A DNA stretch of 64,000 nucleotides from a virus (IMGVR_UViG_2724679538_000004:32001-96000); one strand, 5' to 3'; counted from the first letter of the stretch, positions 1-9,469 are shown. A program made the numbers and translations. Notes: generated by a model not told the origin, from the letters alone.

Positions 1-53
1 AGAACGGATACGACGACTTTAAGGCAAAACTACTGACAGTTGGAGATCTGCGC

Positions 54-386
54 ATGGGCGATCTTTATGTCACGGGTGTTTGTAAGAAGGTTAAGGACAA
101 AGAGAAAGACTATACCAAAGACGAGATAGGCCAGTTCACAGACTTTATGCGGGAAGAAATTAATCTTGTACGACCAACCTACATTTTGACGTGTGGTAGT
201 CGTTCAACCGCACTATTTAACAATAAGAGTAAACCATCAGATCTGATTGGTCGTAAGGAGTACTTCCCAGAGCTTGATGCAACCGTCTTCTACGGATTTA
301 ACCCGAATATCCTGTACTTCCGACCGGAAGAAGGAGAGCGACTGGAGGCCATTCTGGCTGATATCGCGGAGACAATAAATAAGTAA
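54..386 (+). CDS. hypothetical protein; reading frame is open back to the window edge so the gene may begin upstream
   Basis: ORF with GGAG 8 nt before the ATG at 54; same frame has no stop between position 3 and 54; followed by hairpin plus T-run. Confidence 0.5.
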   Translation: MGDLYVTGVCKKVKDKEKDYTKDEIGQFTDFMREEINLVRPTYILTCGSRSTALFNNKSKPSDLIGRKEYFPELDATVFYGFNPNILYFRPEEGERLEAILADIAETINK

Positions 387-393
387 TAAAGAA

Positions 394-416
394 AACCCGC
401 CTGTTGGCGGGTTTAT
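394..416 (+). terminator. rho-independent terminator (CCCGCC-TGTT-GGCGGG followed by TTT)
   Basis: GC-rich stem-loop and T-run directly after the stop of 54..386. Confidence 0.6.
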
Positions 417-689
417 AAAGAATTATGGCGCTTGTTGAGGAAGTCACTCCTCTTACGCACTTTGTTTTGCCATGCCGGCAGTTAGCTTCTGCCTTTGACT
501 ATTCATGCGGCAACCCCGCATTTCGCCACAATGGGCAATTCACTTTAATGGAATAAACTGGCCGTTGTGTCGATTTAATTAGCATGGCCTTACCATGCTA
601 ATTTATTCAACTTGTACAATCCTACAAATCTATCCACTCAGGCTTACACCGTCTTCGTTATTGTAGAAATGAGGATCATCAGCGTTGAA

Positions 690-905
690 TCAGCTTAGAG
701 CAACGACATTTGCTGCTGCTGGGCCTTTAGCCCCATTCTCGATAGAGAATTCGACCTGCTGGCCTTCTTCCAAAGTGCGGAAATTATTACTCTGAATTGC
801 CGAAAAATGTACAAAAACATCTTTACTGCCATCAGCAGGAGAAATAAAGCCAAAGCCTTTATCAGAGTTAAACCATTTTACTAAACCAGTCATTTTATTA
901 GACAT
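690..905 (-). CDS. cold-shock protein, CspA family
   Basis: Product [23 protein letters not shown]...VFVHFSAIQ carries the RNP1/RNP2 motifs of the cold-shock domain; ATG at 905 preceded by AAGAAGG; the longer track ORF (to 1001) lacks an RBS. Confidence 0.85.
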   Translation of the reverse strand: MSNKMTGLVKWFNSDKGFGFISPADGSKDVFVHFSAIQSNNFRTLEEGQQVEFSIENGAKGPAAANVVALS

Positions 906-1209
906 AGATATTACCTTCTTAATTTTGTGAGCCACATAGTGCGGCGAGAATTTGATCTGTATAGATTGGGACTTACTTAGGCACTTAAGGAGGAGACTCA
1001 CGAAGAAGGGAAATCAGAAGATAACACTGAACTGAGACTGCTTTACTAAAACTGCTTACATAAGGTCTGTCTTGCAAACCAACGATGCTATTAACGCATA
1101 CCCTTTCTTTTCATGCAACCTTTATTTTTCAAAGATAACTAATTTTTGTCACCGTTGGTTTAGTAAACGTTAACGAACCAGACGATGACAGACACCTTTA
1201 CAGAGAACA

Positions 1210-1233
1210 GATGCCCGCCAATTGGCGGGCATC
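1210..1233. terminator. perfect 24-bp palindrome GATGCCCGCCAATTGGCGGGCATC, probable bidirectional terminator
   Basis: Perfect inverted repeat immediately after the stop of the minus-strand gene 1235..1798. Confidence 0.5.
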
Positions 1234-1234
1234 A

Positions 1235-1798
1235 TTATGCGCATTTCGCAATATCTTTGCGGCGTTTAATCAGTTTCTCAGCAATTTGCTCTATTTCGTT
1301 GAAATCTTTCGAGACGCTGTTTCGAAGCGCCAGATTCCATTTACTCAAAGTTCGGGCATTTTGGACAATCTGATCGCCCTCTTTAAGTCGTCCGTTATTC
1401 ATGAGCCATTCAGCCACATCAGCCCAATCCCACAGAGGCGACTGGCCTTTTATGCGTTGTACAGGGCAAGGGAAGTCGCCGCTTCCGCGCTTACCGTCTT
1501 TGAGCAACGCCACAGCCTGGCGAGACAGGTCTGTCAGTTCCGCGATATCGCTTAAGCCCACAAGAGCCGAGTCGACGGATTCAACAATTGCACCGATACC
1601 GGCTGATTCAATATTGTCGACCGCAGATGCGATAGCTGCATCAAGTGATTGTGCTTCGCGGTCAAATTCTACATAGACGGAGTTTCCATATGCGCAAATT
1701 AGCGCATCGTCACAGCCGTTTTGGTACAGCGCGTCTTCCAGTCCTTCCGTCTCATACGATACGCCTGAGAGCGTCAGAGTGAAGTTATAAAGCGCCAT
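1235..1798 (-). CDS. putative DNA-binding protein, possible antitoxin (C-terminal HTH-like segment SPLWDWADVAEWL)
   Basis: ATG at 1798 preceded by AAGGA; 24 nt downstream of the 74-aa gene on the same strand; HicB-like assignment is tentative. Confidence 0.4.
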   Translation of the reverse strand: MALYNFTLTLSGVSYETEGLEDALYQNGCDDALICAYGNSVYVEFDREAQSLDAAIASAVDNIESAGIGAIVESVDSALVGLSDIAELTDLSRQAVALLKDGKRGSGDFPCPVQRIKGQSPLWDWADVAEWLMNNGRLKEGDQIVQNARTLSKWNLALRNSVSKDFNEIEQIAEKLIKRRKDIAKCA

Positions 1799-1858
1799 AG
1801 TATTCCTTTGAAGATAGTTGGACAGTTTCTGCAAAAGGCGGCTATTGCCGCCTTGAAA

Positions 1859-2083
1859 TCATTTACAACGATCAACCGTTCGTTTGATCTGTTTGGCATG
1901 GTTTTCGGTATTACCCGGAGTCGACCATACGCTCATTTGGTGAGTTTTGTGTTCACCTTCTGGATTACCGCATCGCAGTCTGCAAAAACAATGCGCAGAA
2001 CCACCAGCTGCTACCCAGATCCAGCCTTTACTTAATGCATAGTCAATGGCTGCTTGAATATGCTTATTCGGATGTTGCTTCAT
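1859..2083 (-). CDS. small protein, tentatively HicA-like toxin (GW...GSAH segment)
   Basis: 74-aa ORF with GGAGG RBS, first gene of a two-gene minus-strand unit; similarity to HicA is by motif recollection only. Confidence 0.3.
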   Translation of the reverse strand: MKQHPNKHIQAAIDYALSKGWIWVAAGGSAHCFCRLRCGNPEGEHKTHQMSVWSTPGNTENHAKQIKRTVDRCK

Positions 2084-2114
2084 TCGCCTCCGATAATAGT
2101 ATTCTATTCACAGT

Positions 2115-2130
2115 GTTGACATCTGTCAAC
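2115..2130. promoter_or_regulatory. 16-bp palindrome GTTGACATCTGTCAAC, candidate operator upstream of the 2083..1235 operon
   Basis: Perfect inverted repeat about 30 bp upstream of the minus-strand start at 2083. Confidence 0.4.
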
Positions 2131-2338
2131 GGCGACTGAATTTCATCCGTTCATGCCACACCACCCATCCATCTCATGTATGTGACCTAAAGATGGTCAG
2201 CACAGCTTACCAAAATAAGACAACTACTTACCTTCGCCGATCTCAATATTTTCCCCTGAACAAAGTTGACATCACTCCATAAGCCCGTTCACTGTTTGAT
2301 ATAATTGATACAGATTTCATAAGTAGGAACCTATTAGA

Positions 2339-2770
2339 GTGAACACTGATATTTTTTCTAAAATCATGGCCGATCTGGAGTTCGACCGCGACAATCTTGA
2401 GGAAGTATGGCGTAAGCAGCCACGGCTTTTAATGGAGTATGGGTCAAAGCTAGCGCAGGCAGATCGAGATGTTGCAGAGGCTAAACTCTCACTCGAAGCA
2501 GTAGAAGCAAAGCTATATGACACAGAACGTAAGAACCTGAGTATGAACGGAATTAAATTCAATGAATCCGTTCTTGAGGCAAAGGTAAAGACTAATCCAC
2601 AGTACCTTTCTAAGCGACAAAAACTAGATGACGCCAGATACATTGCCGACATGTACAAACATGCCGTTGCTGCCTTTTCGCATCGTCGAGACATGATAGT
2701 CCAGGCGTCAAAAATGGCGATATCTGAGCTGGAACGCCTTGGCGCTGAACGCTTTATCAGCTCCCGATAA
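2339..2770 (+). CDS. hypothetical protein (possibly a recombination mediator, given position next to SSB and RecA-like genes)
   Basis: 143-aa ORF starting at GTG 2339 (alternative ATG 2366); a TATAAT hexamer lies upstream at about 2300. Confidence 0.5.
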   Translation: MNTDIFSKIMADLEFDRDNLEEVWRKQPRLLMEYGSKLAQADRDVAEAKLSLEAVEAKLYDTERKNLSMNGIKFNESVLEAKVKTNPQYLSKRQKLDDARYIADMYKHAVAAFSHRRDMIVQASKMAISELERLGAERFISSR

Positions 2771-2888
2771 AATAATCTAGATAATAAGTAAGTACTGATC
2801 TATTATTTTCGCGCTCGTGAGAGCCACGATGAAACCAACGCCCAAAGCGCTTAGCGCCATTGGCCAAAATCACAACAAGGAGAAACAC

Positions 2889-3890
2889 ATGTCAAAGTCA
2901 TTGCTTGATTTGCTTAACAAAACTCGTGAAGACATTGCCGCCAAACGTGGCAATAAAGTTGATTTAACTCGTTTAAAAGATGGTAACAACTACATTCGTA
3001 TCTTCCCGAATAAAGACGACCCAAACGGTAAGTTCTTCCAGACTTTCGGTATGCACTACGTTAAGTATCAGAACGAGGAAGGTAAAGAAGCAACCAACGC
3101 TTATATTTGTGAGCAACATACTCACGGTCGCGCTTGTCAGCTATGCGAAATGGTGATGGAAGGTCGCGCTCGTCACAAGGGTAACAAAGCAATGGAAGAA
3201 CGCATCGGTCAAATGCGTGCTACTCCTCGCTACCTGGTAAACGGCATTCTTTCAGCTCGTGAGGATTTCGCCGATGCAGAGAAATGCCAGTTAATCGAAC
3301 TGCCGTCAACTGTATTCGATGATATCTGCAAAGCAATCACCGAAGACATCGCTGACGATATCGGCAATCCACTTAGCAAAGAGGAAGGCTACGCATTCCT
3401 GATTAAGCGTACAGGGTCTAATCGTGACACCAAATATGATGTTTCACCGAAGCGGAAAGTCTTCAAAGGCGACATCGAGGATAAATTCTGGAACACCCAA
3501 CATGATCTGATCGCATACGCAAATCAGGCTGACGAAACTCGCCTTCTGTCGACTGTTCGCACTATGGGACGTCTGATTGGTATCGCAGCACCAGCCACCG
3601 CAGCATCTGCGCCAGCCATTGCATCCACGGCAAAAGCCTCTACTGCTGCATTACCAGGATTCGGCTCTGTAACTGGTCATACGGAAGGATCAGCTACTGT
3701 AGCCACCGCTCACACTCCAAAATCCGAACCTACCAGCCTGGTAGAAGAGGAAGTCATGCGTGCAGCTGAGGCTGAGTTTAAACCAGAAACCAGCGCAGTA
3801 TCTGCGGCCGTAACAGCAAGCGAAGCCGCTGAGTCTGTGCAGGAAGACGAAGGTCTGGATGACCTACTGAGAGAACTGGACTCTCTGTAA
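2889..3890 (+). CDS. single-stranded DNA-binding protein, T4 gp32-like
   Basis: AAGGAG RBS before ATG 2889; segment YIRIFPNKDDPNGKFF and Cys/His cluster CEQHTHGRACQLC resemble the gp32 core and zinc site; acidic C-terminal tail EDEGLDDLLRELDSL. Confidence 0.65.
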   Translation: MSKSLLDLLNKTREDIAAKRGNKVDLTRLKDGNNYIRIFPNKDDPNGKFFQTFGMHYVKYQNEEGKEATNAYICEQHTHGRACQLCEMVMEGRARHKGNKAMEERIGQMRATPRYLVNGILSAREDFADAEKCQLIELPSTVFDDICKAITEDIADDIGNPLSKEEGYAFLIKRTGSNRDTKYDVSPKRKVFKGDIEDKFWNTQHDLIAYANQADETRLLSTVRTMGRLIGIAAPATAASAPAIASTAKASTAALPGFGSVTGHTEGSATVATAHTPKSEPTSLVEEEVMRAAEAEFKPETSAVSAAVTASEAAESVQEDEGLDDLLRELDSL

Positions 3891-3906
3891 TCCCATTACG
3901 TGACCA

Positions 3907-3936
3907 GTAAGGCGTCTACGGACGCCTTACTTTTTG
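3907..3936 (+). terminator. rho-independent terminator (GTAAGGCGTC-TACG-GACGCCTTAC then TTTTT)
   Basis: Hairpin plus T-run after the SSB stop; overlaps the track ORF start at 3900, supporting the later GTG start for the next gene. Confidence 0.65.
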
Positions 3937-3950
3937 GAAGGAGTATACCG

Positions 3951-4895
3951 GTGAATTATCTCTTAGTTGACGGTAACAGTCTGGGCTATTACCACCAGCA
4001 ATCTGACAAGTTACATAACGGGGAAATGGAAGTACAAGCTGCGTTCGGCTTCGTTAAAAACGTTCGTCGCTATGCCTCCATCCTCCATGCCAGACCAATG
4101 ATTCTTTGGGACGGATTTAGCGACAAGCGACGCGACTTTTACCCTGATTACAAAGCAAATCGCGACGACGATCCTGATATGAAAAAGATGAAGGAAGGCT
4201 TTGCTGTCCAGAAGCCATACATCCTCAAAATGATGACCGCGCTTGGTGTTAACCAAATCATTGCAAAAGATGCAGAAGCGGATGATCTGGCTGGGATGCT
4301 GGTATCCCGTATGGCACCGCAGCCAACCGTTGAACACATCTATCTGTTAACAGGCGATAGCGACTGGCTTCAGTTAGTTCGCGAAAACGTAAGCTGGGTA
4401 AGCCTGCGTGAAGACGCCAAAAACAAGCAGGTTAATTTTGAGCAATTTGCGGAGCTGACAGGATTCGCTACACCTCGCGCATTTTTGGAAGCAAAAGCAT
4501 TACAGGGCGATAAATCGGACAACATTAGCGGTGTTGGTGGCATTGGGACTGGCGGCGCGAAAGAGCTGCTGCATGAATGGGGAAGCGTCGCAACGATGGT
4601 ACGCGGCATCAACGACGGCTCAATCGTTGTTGACAAAGGACGCCATAAAACCGCCTTCAACAAACTAGCGAAGAATGCCTTCAACGAGAAAACAGGCTGT
4701 CGAATGCTCGAAGCGTTCAAGAGAAACATCACGCTAATGAACCTGATTGAGACGAAGTTTCCGCCGACCGAAATCGAAACAATCAAAGGCAATCGTGACG
4801 TTAAAGCATTCGAACAACTGTGCTACGAGCTGAATTTTCGTTCGTTCCTTGAAGACCTTGAAGTGTTTGTTCTTCCATTCGAAAGGTATTGCTAA
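3951..4895 (+). CDS. 5'-3' exonuclease / flap endonuclease (T4 RNase H / T5 D15-like)
   Basis: GTG start at 3951 with GGAAGGAG RBS; LLVDGNSLGYY near N-terminus, acidic metal-binding cluster LTGDSDWLQL, and glycine-rich segment DNISGVGGIGTGGAKELL typical of the H3TH region. Confidence 0.8.
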   Translation: MNYLLVDGNSLGYYHQQSDKLHNGEMEVQAAFGFVKNVRRYASILHARPMILWDGFSDKRRDFYPDYKANRDDDPDMKKMKEGFAVQKPYILKMMTALGVNQIIAKDAEADDLAGMLVSRMAPQPTVEHIYLLTGDSDWLQLVRENVSWVSLREDAKNKQVNFEQFAELTGFATPRAFLEAKALQGDKSDNISGVGGIGTGGAKELLHEWGSVATMVRGINDGSIVVDKGRHKTAFNKLAKNAFNEKTGCRMLEAFKRNITLMNLIETKFPPTEIETIKGNRDVKAFEQLCYELNFRSFLEDLEVFVLPFERYC

Positions 4896-5161
4896 TGCTT
4901 AAATCAATTATTAATGGCGCTACAACCACCCCTGCCCAACTGGCAAAAGAGATTGTCTTTTATCATGGTGAGTACGCTGTCATCGCACTGCCATCAATTC
5001 TGGGAGCTGCCGGAATGAAAGCTACAGATCGCGAGTTTGGATTAGTCAGTGAGCAGGTCGTAAAAATCCTCGCTCGTGTATCCAGACTCCTTAACCATGA
5101 TGCGATTTCATTCGACGAATCCGCCGCTTTAAAACGAATCAACGAAACAAAAGGAGCCTGA
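4889..5161 (+). CDS. hypothetical protein
   Basis: 90-aa ORF overlapping the stop of the preceding gene. Confidence 0.45.
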   Translation: MLMLKSIINGATTTPAQLAKEIVFYHGEYAVIALPSILGAAGMKATDREFGLVSEQVVKILARVSRLLNHDAISFDESAALKRINETKGA

Positions 5162-5163
5162 TC

Positions 5164-6237
5164 ATGGCAAAAGGAAAATCCCCACTGGCACTTGCTCTTA
5201 AAAAGAAAATCGGTAGCAACGATGAAATTCAAAAAGTAACCCATTGGATTGATACAGGCTTTCCCCCGTTAAACAAAGCTATTTCTGGTCGTTACGATGG
5301 TGGTTTCCCATGTGGTCGTATCGTCGAAGTATTTGGTCCTCCAAGTGCAGGGAAAACGTTCCTTGCAACAGCAGCGATGATCTCCGCTCAAAAACAAGAT
5401 GGTCTGGCGGTATTCCTCGATCATGAAAACAGTTTTGACGTTGGCCTGGCTGTAGCCAATGGCCTGAACGCAGATGAGGATGACGGTCAGTGGGTATACA
5501 AGCAGCCAGATACCTTCGAAGACTCTGTAGAGTTGATCGGCACTATTCTTAAATTGGTTCGTGATGAAGAGCTTATCCCTGAATCAGCGCCTATCTGTAT
5601 CGTGGCTGACTCCCTTGCGTCTATGGTTCCGAACTCCAAAGCCGAGAAGTTCGAAAAGATGGCAGAAGGCACTGCCAAAGACAAAGATCAGCTAAACATG
5701 AACGACAATACGGCACTGGCTCGTGCGACGAGTGCGAACTTCCCTACTCTGGCTTTGTGGGCACGCAAATACAACGCCTGCATCATCTTCTTGAATCAGG
5801 TTCGCACAAAAATCGGTGTAATGTTTGGCGACCCTACTACGTCACCAGGCGGCGATTCACCGAAGTTCTACGCTTCTGTACGTATCCGTCTTGGTGCATC
5901 GGTGATGAAGGATGGTAAAGAGAAGATCGGCCAGGACGTAGGCGCAGAGTGCATCAAAAACAAAGTCGCACCACCGTATGGCAAATGTACCTGGAAATTC
6001 TACTTCGATCCTACTCGTGGCCTCGACGTTATCGAATCGCTCGTCGAGTACATGCTGGAAGAAGGATACCTGCCAAAGAACGCCAGCGGGCGAGTTGAAA
6101 TTGGTGACAAGAAATACACCAAATCGCAGATCGTCGAGATGTATCGGGAGAAGCCATTAGCAGAAATCATTTCTGCGTTACAGGCGATAGATGACCGACG
6201 AGAGAAGACATCACCAACAGAAGAACTAGAAGATTAA
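5164..6237 (+). CDS. RecA-family recombinase (UvsX/RecA-like)
   Basis: Walker A GPPSAGKT in GRIVEVFGPPSAGKTF; FLNQVRTKIGVMFGDPTTSPGGDSPKFYASVRIRL closely resembles the RecA L2 region. Confidence 0.85.
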   Translation: MAKGKSPLALALKKKIGSNDEIQKVTHWIDTGFPPLNKAISGRYDGGFPCGRIVEVFGPPSAGKTFLATAAMISAQKQDGLAVFLDHENSFDVGLAVANGLNADEDDGQWVYKQPDTFEDSVELIGTILKLVRDEELIPESAPICIVADSLASMVPNSKAEKFEKMAEGTAKDKDQLNMNDNTALARATSANFPTLALWARKYNACIIFLNQVRTKIGVMFGDPTTSPGGDSPKFYASVRIRLGASVMKDGKEKIGQDVGAECIKNKVAPPYGKCTWKFYFDPTRGLDVIESLVEYMLEEGYLPKNASGRVEIGDKKYTKSQIVEMYREKPLAEIISALQAIDDRREKTSPTEELED

Positions 6238-6242
6238 TTATC

Positions 6243-6267
6243 AGGCGTCCAAACGGACGCCTTTTTT
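6243..6267 (+). terminator. rho-independent terminator (AGGCGTCC-AAAC-GGACGCCT then TTTTTT)
   Basis: Hairpin plus T-run after the recombinase stop; same stem sequence as the terminator at 7384. Confidence 0.7.
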
Positions 6268-6330
6268 GTATGTTGAAAATGTATAAGTACTTACTTATTA
6301 TTAGCACACAATAACCACATAGGAAAACAC

Positions 6331-6531
6331 ATGATCAAACTCTATCTTATGGCAGTAGTTACAGGTCTATCTGTAGTTTTCATCTACTGTTTGCTGGTTC
6401 CGTCGCTGATCTCTGCTAAAAGCGACATTGCCGTAATGCTTGGAATCATCGTTGCTTTTGGTGCTCCTGTGATCGGGTTTATTGCAGGTCGTAAGTTTCT
6501 AAAGTCACTCATCAATTCGAAGGAGAAGTAA
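6331..6531 (+). CDS. small membrane protein (two hydrophobic segments)
   Basis: 66-aa hydrophobic ORF with AGGAAAACAC before the ATG; immediately upstream of the SPFH gene. Confidence 0.5.
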   Translation: MIKLYLMAVVTGLSVVFIYCLLVPSLISAKSDIAVMLGIIVAFGAPVIGFIAGRKFLKSLINSKEK

Positions 6532-6534
6532 GTA

Positions 6535-7365
6535 ATGAAGAAAGGTTTACTGGCAGTGATCGTGGCCGCTGTTTGCACAATGGGTCTTACTGGCTGTGAT
6601 CGCGTAGAGCCAGGATACGTTGGCATCAAGGTAAACAAATTAGGTGAAGACAAAGGGATTGGTGAAGTAGTTGGTGTTGGTCGCCAATGGACAGGTCTTA
6701 ACACCGAACTTTACGTATTCCCGACCTTCAAACAAATGAAGACCTACGACGAGCCGTTCACATTCCAGATGAGTGACGGTACTGCTATTGGTCACAAAAT
6801 TGGCGTTGCGTATCTGGTTAATCGTGACAAGGTAACGACGGTGTTCCAGACCTATCGCAAAGGCGTAGACGATATCACCGAATCAGATCTGCGTCAGAAA
6901 ATTGCCGACTCTCTAAACCGTTTGGCCAGCCGTATGACCACTGACGCATTTATCGACGGTGGTAAGGCACAATTGCTGGACAACGCACTGAAAGATATTC
7001 AGAAAGAGATGTCTCCGGTTGGTATTGAGGTACTGAGCCTGTCATGGGTTGGAAAGCCTGATTACCCAAAAACCGTCATAGAATCTATCAACGCCAAAGT
7101 AACGGCTAACCAGCGTACTCTGCAACGTCAGCAGGAAGTAGAACAACGTAAAGCTGAGGCGAATATGCTGCGTGAACAGGCTAATGGTGAAGCTGATGCT
7201 ATCCGTGCTCGTGCGCAGGCAGAAGCAGACGCCATTCGTCTGCGCGGTGAAGCTCTGCGTCAGAACCCTAACGTTATGGAACTGGAAGCCATCAATAAAT
7301 GGAATGGTCAGTTACCGCAGTACATGACTCAAGGCGCTAACACTCCTTTCATTACAGTGAAATAA
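6535..7365 (+). CDS. SPFH/band-7 domain lipoprotein (HflC/prohibitin-like)
   Basis: Signal peptide with lipobox LTGCD; long Ala/Glu/Arg-rich coiled region EQRKAEANMLREQANGEADAIRARAQAEADAIRLRGEALRQNP typical of SPFH proteins. Confidence 0.7.
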   Translation: MKKGLLAVIVAAVCTMGLTGCDRVEPGYVGIKVNKLGEDKGIGEVVGVGRQWTGLNTELYVFPTFKQMKTYDEPFTFQMSDGTAIGHKIGVAYLVNRDKVTTVFQTYRKGVDDITESDLRQKIADSLNRLASRMTTDAFIDGGKAQLLDNALKDIQKEMSPVGIEVLSLSWVGKPDYPKTVIESINAKVTANQRTLQRQQEVEQRKAEANMLREQANGEADAIRARAQAEADAIRLRGEALRQNPNVMELEAINKWNGQLPQYMTQGANTPFITVK

Positions 7366-7383
7366 CTCTACTTAAGAAGATCA

Positions 7384-7409
7384 GGCGTCCAGTTGGACGC
7401 CGTTTTTTT
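7384..7409 (+). terminator. rho-independent terminator (GGCGTCC-AGTT-GGACGCC then TTTTTTT)
   Basis: Hairpin plus T-run after the stop at 7365. Confidence 0.7.
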
Positions 7410-7461
7410 GTTGTTATTATCACCATCAAGAAAACAATTTGTTTAAAAGGAGAAGTAAACC

Positions 7462-7887
7462 GTGACAGCAATTAAGAAACTCTACGATGCCGCAAACGCA
7501 GCTCTGGATGTTATTGATGATGAAGTATCAAAAGGCTTTCCTGAACCTGATTGGGCGCATCAGCTACGAAACGCTATAGCTGAAATGAGTCCTCCAGAGC
7601 CAACGCCTGACGAGGCTGACTGGCAGCGATTCATCCGTATGTACGCTGAGGAAATCGGACCAACGCCAACGGCGGAACAAGCAATGCTACTGAAATACTT
7701 TAAAGAGGCTGGGGAAGATTTGCCAATCGACGAATCGGCACACTGGTTTCACTGCGCATGGCGCAAGTACGACGTGATCTACACCCGTGGAATGGGCAGT
7801 AAAGATATGGTTGTGTGGCATCTTCTACATATAGATAGAGCCGTTGATAACGTAATCGAAAAGTTCTTCCCTAATGAAGAAGATTGA
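7462..7887 (+). CDS. hypothetical protein
   Basis: 141-aa ORF with AAGGAGAAG RBS, GTG start. Confidence 0.55.
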   Translation: MTAIKKLYDAANAALDVIDDEVSKGFPEPDWAHQLRNAIAEMSPPEPTPDEADWQRFIRMYAEEIGPTPTAEQAMLLKYFKEAGEDLPIDESAHWFHCAWRKYDVIYTRGMGSKDMVVWHLLHIDRAVDNVIEKFFPNEED

Positions 7888-7941
7888 TGCCCTTTTTGGC
7901 GAGAAGATAATAAGTAAGTACAAATCACAAAAGGAAAGCAC

Positions 7942-8217
7942 ATGAAAACTCTGGTTCAAATTTCAGCAAGTTTAGGCTGCGCTACTCACCCAATGTTCAT
8001 CTTGAACTGCGAAGGTCTTGATGAAGGAGAGATTGACGCACTTGTCGACCGTATTCTCATTGAATACACGGGGCATGATGCGAGTAATGTTTTTGTTGAT
8101 AGTAACGGTGTCTACAGATGTAACAGTGATTGCTGGTATAGAGAAGACGTTAAAAACATTAGCGATGAAGATGCAGAGCACCTGGAGCGCATTCTTGGCA
8201 TTCCTACATTGAAGTAA
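7942..8217 (+). CDS. hypothetical protein
   Basis: 91-aa ORF with AAGGAAAGCAC before the ATG. Confidence 0.5.
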   Translation: MKTLVQISASLGCATHPMFILNCEGLDEGEIDALVDRILIEYTGHDASNVFVDSNGVYRCNSDCWYREDVKNISDEDAEHLERILGIPTLK

Positions 8218-8256
8218 ATTTACACTACGATATATATAAGTTAGCATTTACCTATC

Positions 8257-8436
8257 ATGAAGATATATTTAGAAGCCATCTTGCTTATATTATCAACAAT
8301 GTTTGTCTTGGATTGTATGTTTACAGGTGTAATCCGCAGCGTTCTTTCCCCTGTCAACGAAGTAGTAATCAATTCGTTGGCCGTTGTACTCCTCTTCAAT
8401 TCTGCTTTTAAGGTGATTTACGAGGTAGCTGCGTGA
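8257..8436 (+). CDS. small hydrophobic protein (about 59 aa; below the ORF-track size cutoff)
   Basis: ATG 8257; product MKIYLEAILLILSTMFVLDCMF... is predicted two-TM; stop overlaps the GTG start of the next gene. Confidence 0.3.
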   Translation: MKIYLEAILLILSTMFVLDCMFTGVIRSVLSPVNEVVINSLAVVLLFNSAFKVIYEVAA

Positions 8437-8768
8437 AGGCGATAACTTTCTCACTAGTGTTTCTATCATCTTTGGTAATGGCGGATACCTCTGTTTATGA
8501 GTGCGATATGTCAGTTGCCAGTATCAACAAAGGCGCGATCACCAACATCACAAAGGCGCCATATGGCGCAATGGTAGTGGACAGCGGTGACCAGTTTTAC
8601 GTCCTTCGTGATGATCGTGTTTTGTCATCTCCTCATCTTTCGGATCGGAATGGCAAACTGACCGGAGTAGGAGAAGACCACTTCACATACAACAAATACC
8701 AGGGCTTTTATGGCATTCACGCTTCTACAAAAAGCTACCTTTTCGATGACTGCAAGGAGATTGGATAA
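8433..8768 (+). CDS. secreted protein with N-terminal signal peptide
   Basis: MKAITFSLVFLSSLVMA signal-like N-terminus. Confidence 0.5.
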   Translation: MKAITFSLVFLSSLVMADTSVYECDMSVASINKGAITNITKAPYGAMVVDSGDQFYVLRDDRVLSSPHLSDRNGKLTGVGEDHFTYNKYQGFYGIHASTKSYLFDDCKEIG

Positions 8769-8980
8769 TGGCGGTGACACTGGCAGGTCTGGAAATCGAG
8801 AAAACAAGCGGATACTGGCGTTCCAAAGGATTCAAAAAAGCCAGCATACAAGATCGGCTAGAGCGTGAAGATGGATACATCATCCACCAGCGCAAGGAGT
8901 GGAGAATGGTTGATCCTGAGACTGGTAAGCTCGCAACGAAGGCTCAGACACTCTGGGGTTTATTGAAGAAAATTCACTGA
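8768..8980 (+). CDS. hypothetical protein
   Basis: 70-aa ORF coupled to the preceding gene (ATAATG overlap). Confidence 0.45.
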   Translation: MAVTLAGLEIEKTSGYWRSKGFKKASIQDRLEREDGYIIHQRKEWRMVDPETGKLATKAQTLWGLLKKIH

Positions 8981-9036
8981 TAACACCAACCACTGCGGTG
9001 AGTAGTCTGCTCACCGCATTCGTATCCAGCTCATTA

Positions 9037-9468
9037 TCCACTGTAGTCAGTAACAAAACCTTCCTACATATCTGCTAACCACTGTAGCGAGTAGACAGCC
9101 TTTCATTCGCATCAAACAACCACTATGGTGAGTATTGGAGTGAGATGTCCAGCGGGTATCCACTATGGTGAGTAAGCCTTTGCTGTTTTCAGTGGATATC
9201 CACTCGCCACAGTGGATACGCTCAAAGATGAGGGCGACAACAACCACTATAGACAGTAAATTTTCCAAGATACCCAGTGACCACTAACCTCGCAGCCCTT
9301 GTTTCATCAGTGTTAGTGATCACTAACATTTAATTCAGTATTTGCATTCTACTGCCTACAGTGGTTATCAACAGATAACGATACTCACTATAGTGGATAG
9401 CGAATTACAGATATAAGTAAGGCTCACTACAGTGGATAGTGAGCCTTACTACTAACTACAGTGGTTGG
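9037..9468. repeat. iteron array (about 10 copies, core CCACT(A/G)TAGTGG) downstream of repA; incA-like copy-control locus
   Basis: Repeated CCACTGTAG / CACTATAGTGGATA / CACTACAGTGGATAG units seen directly in the sequence. Confidence 0.75.
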
Positions 9469-9469
9469 G

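Noticed and set aside
2266-2305. Sigma-70 promoter TTGACA ... TATAAT upstream of the gene at 2339
   Set aside because: The two hexamers are separated by about 28 bp, too far for a standard promoter; only the TATAAT hexamer at about 2300 is noted, without a confident -35.
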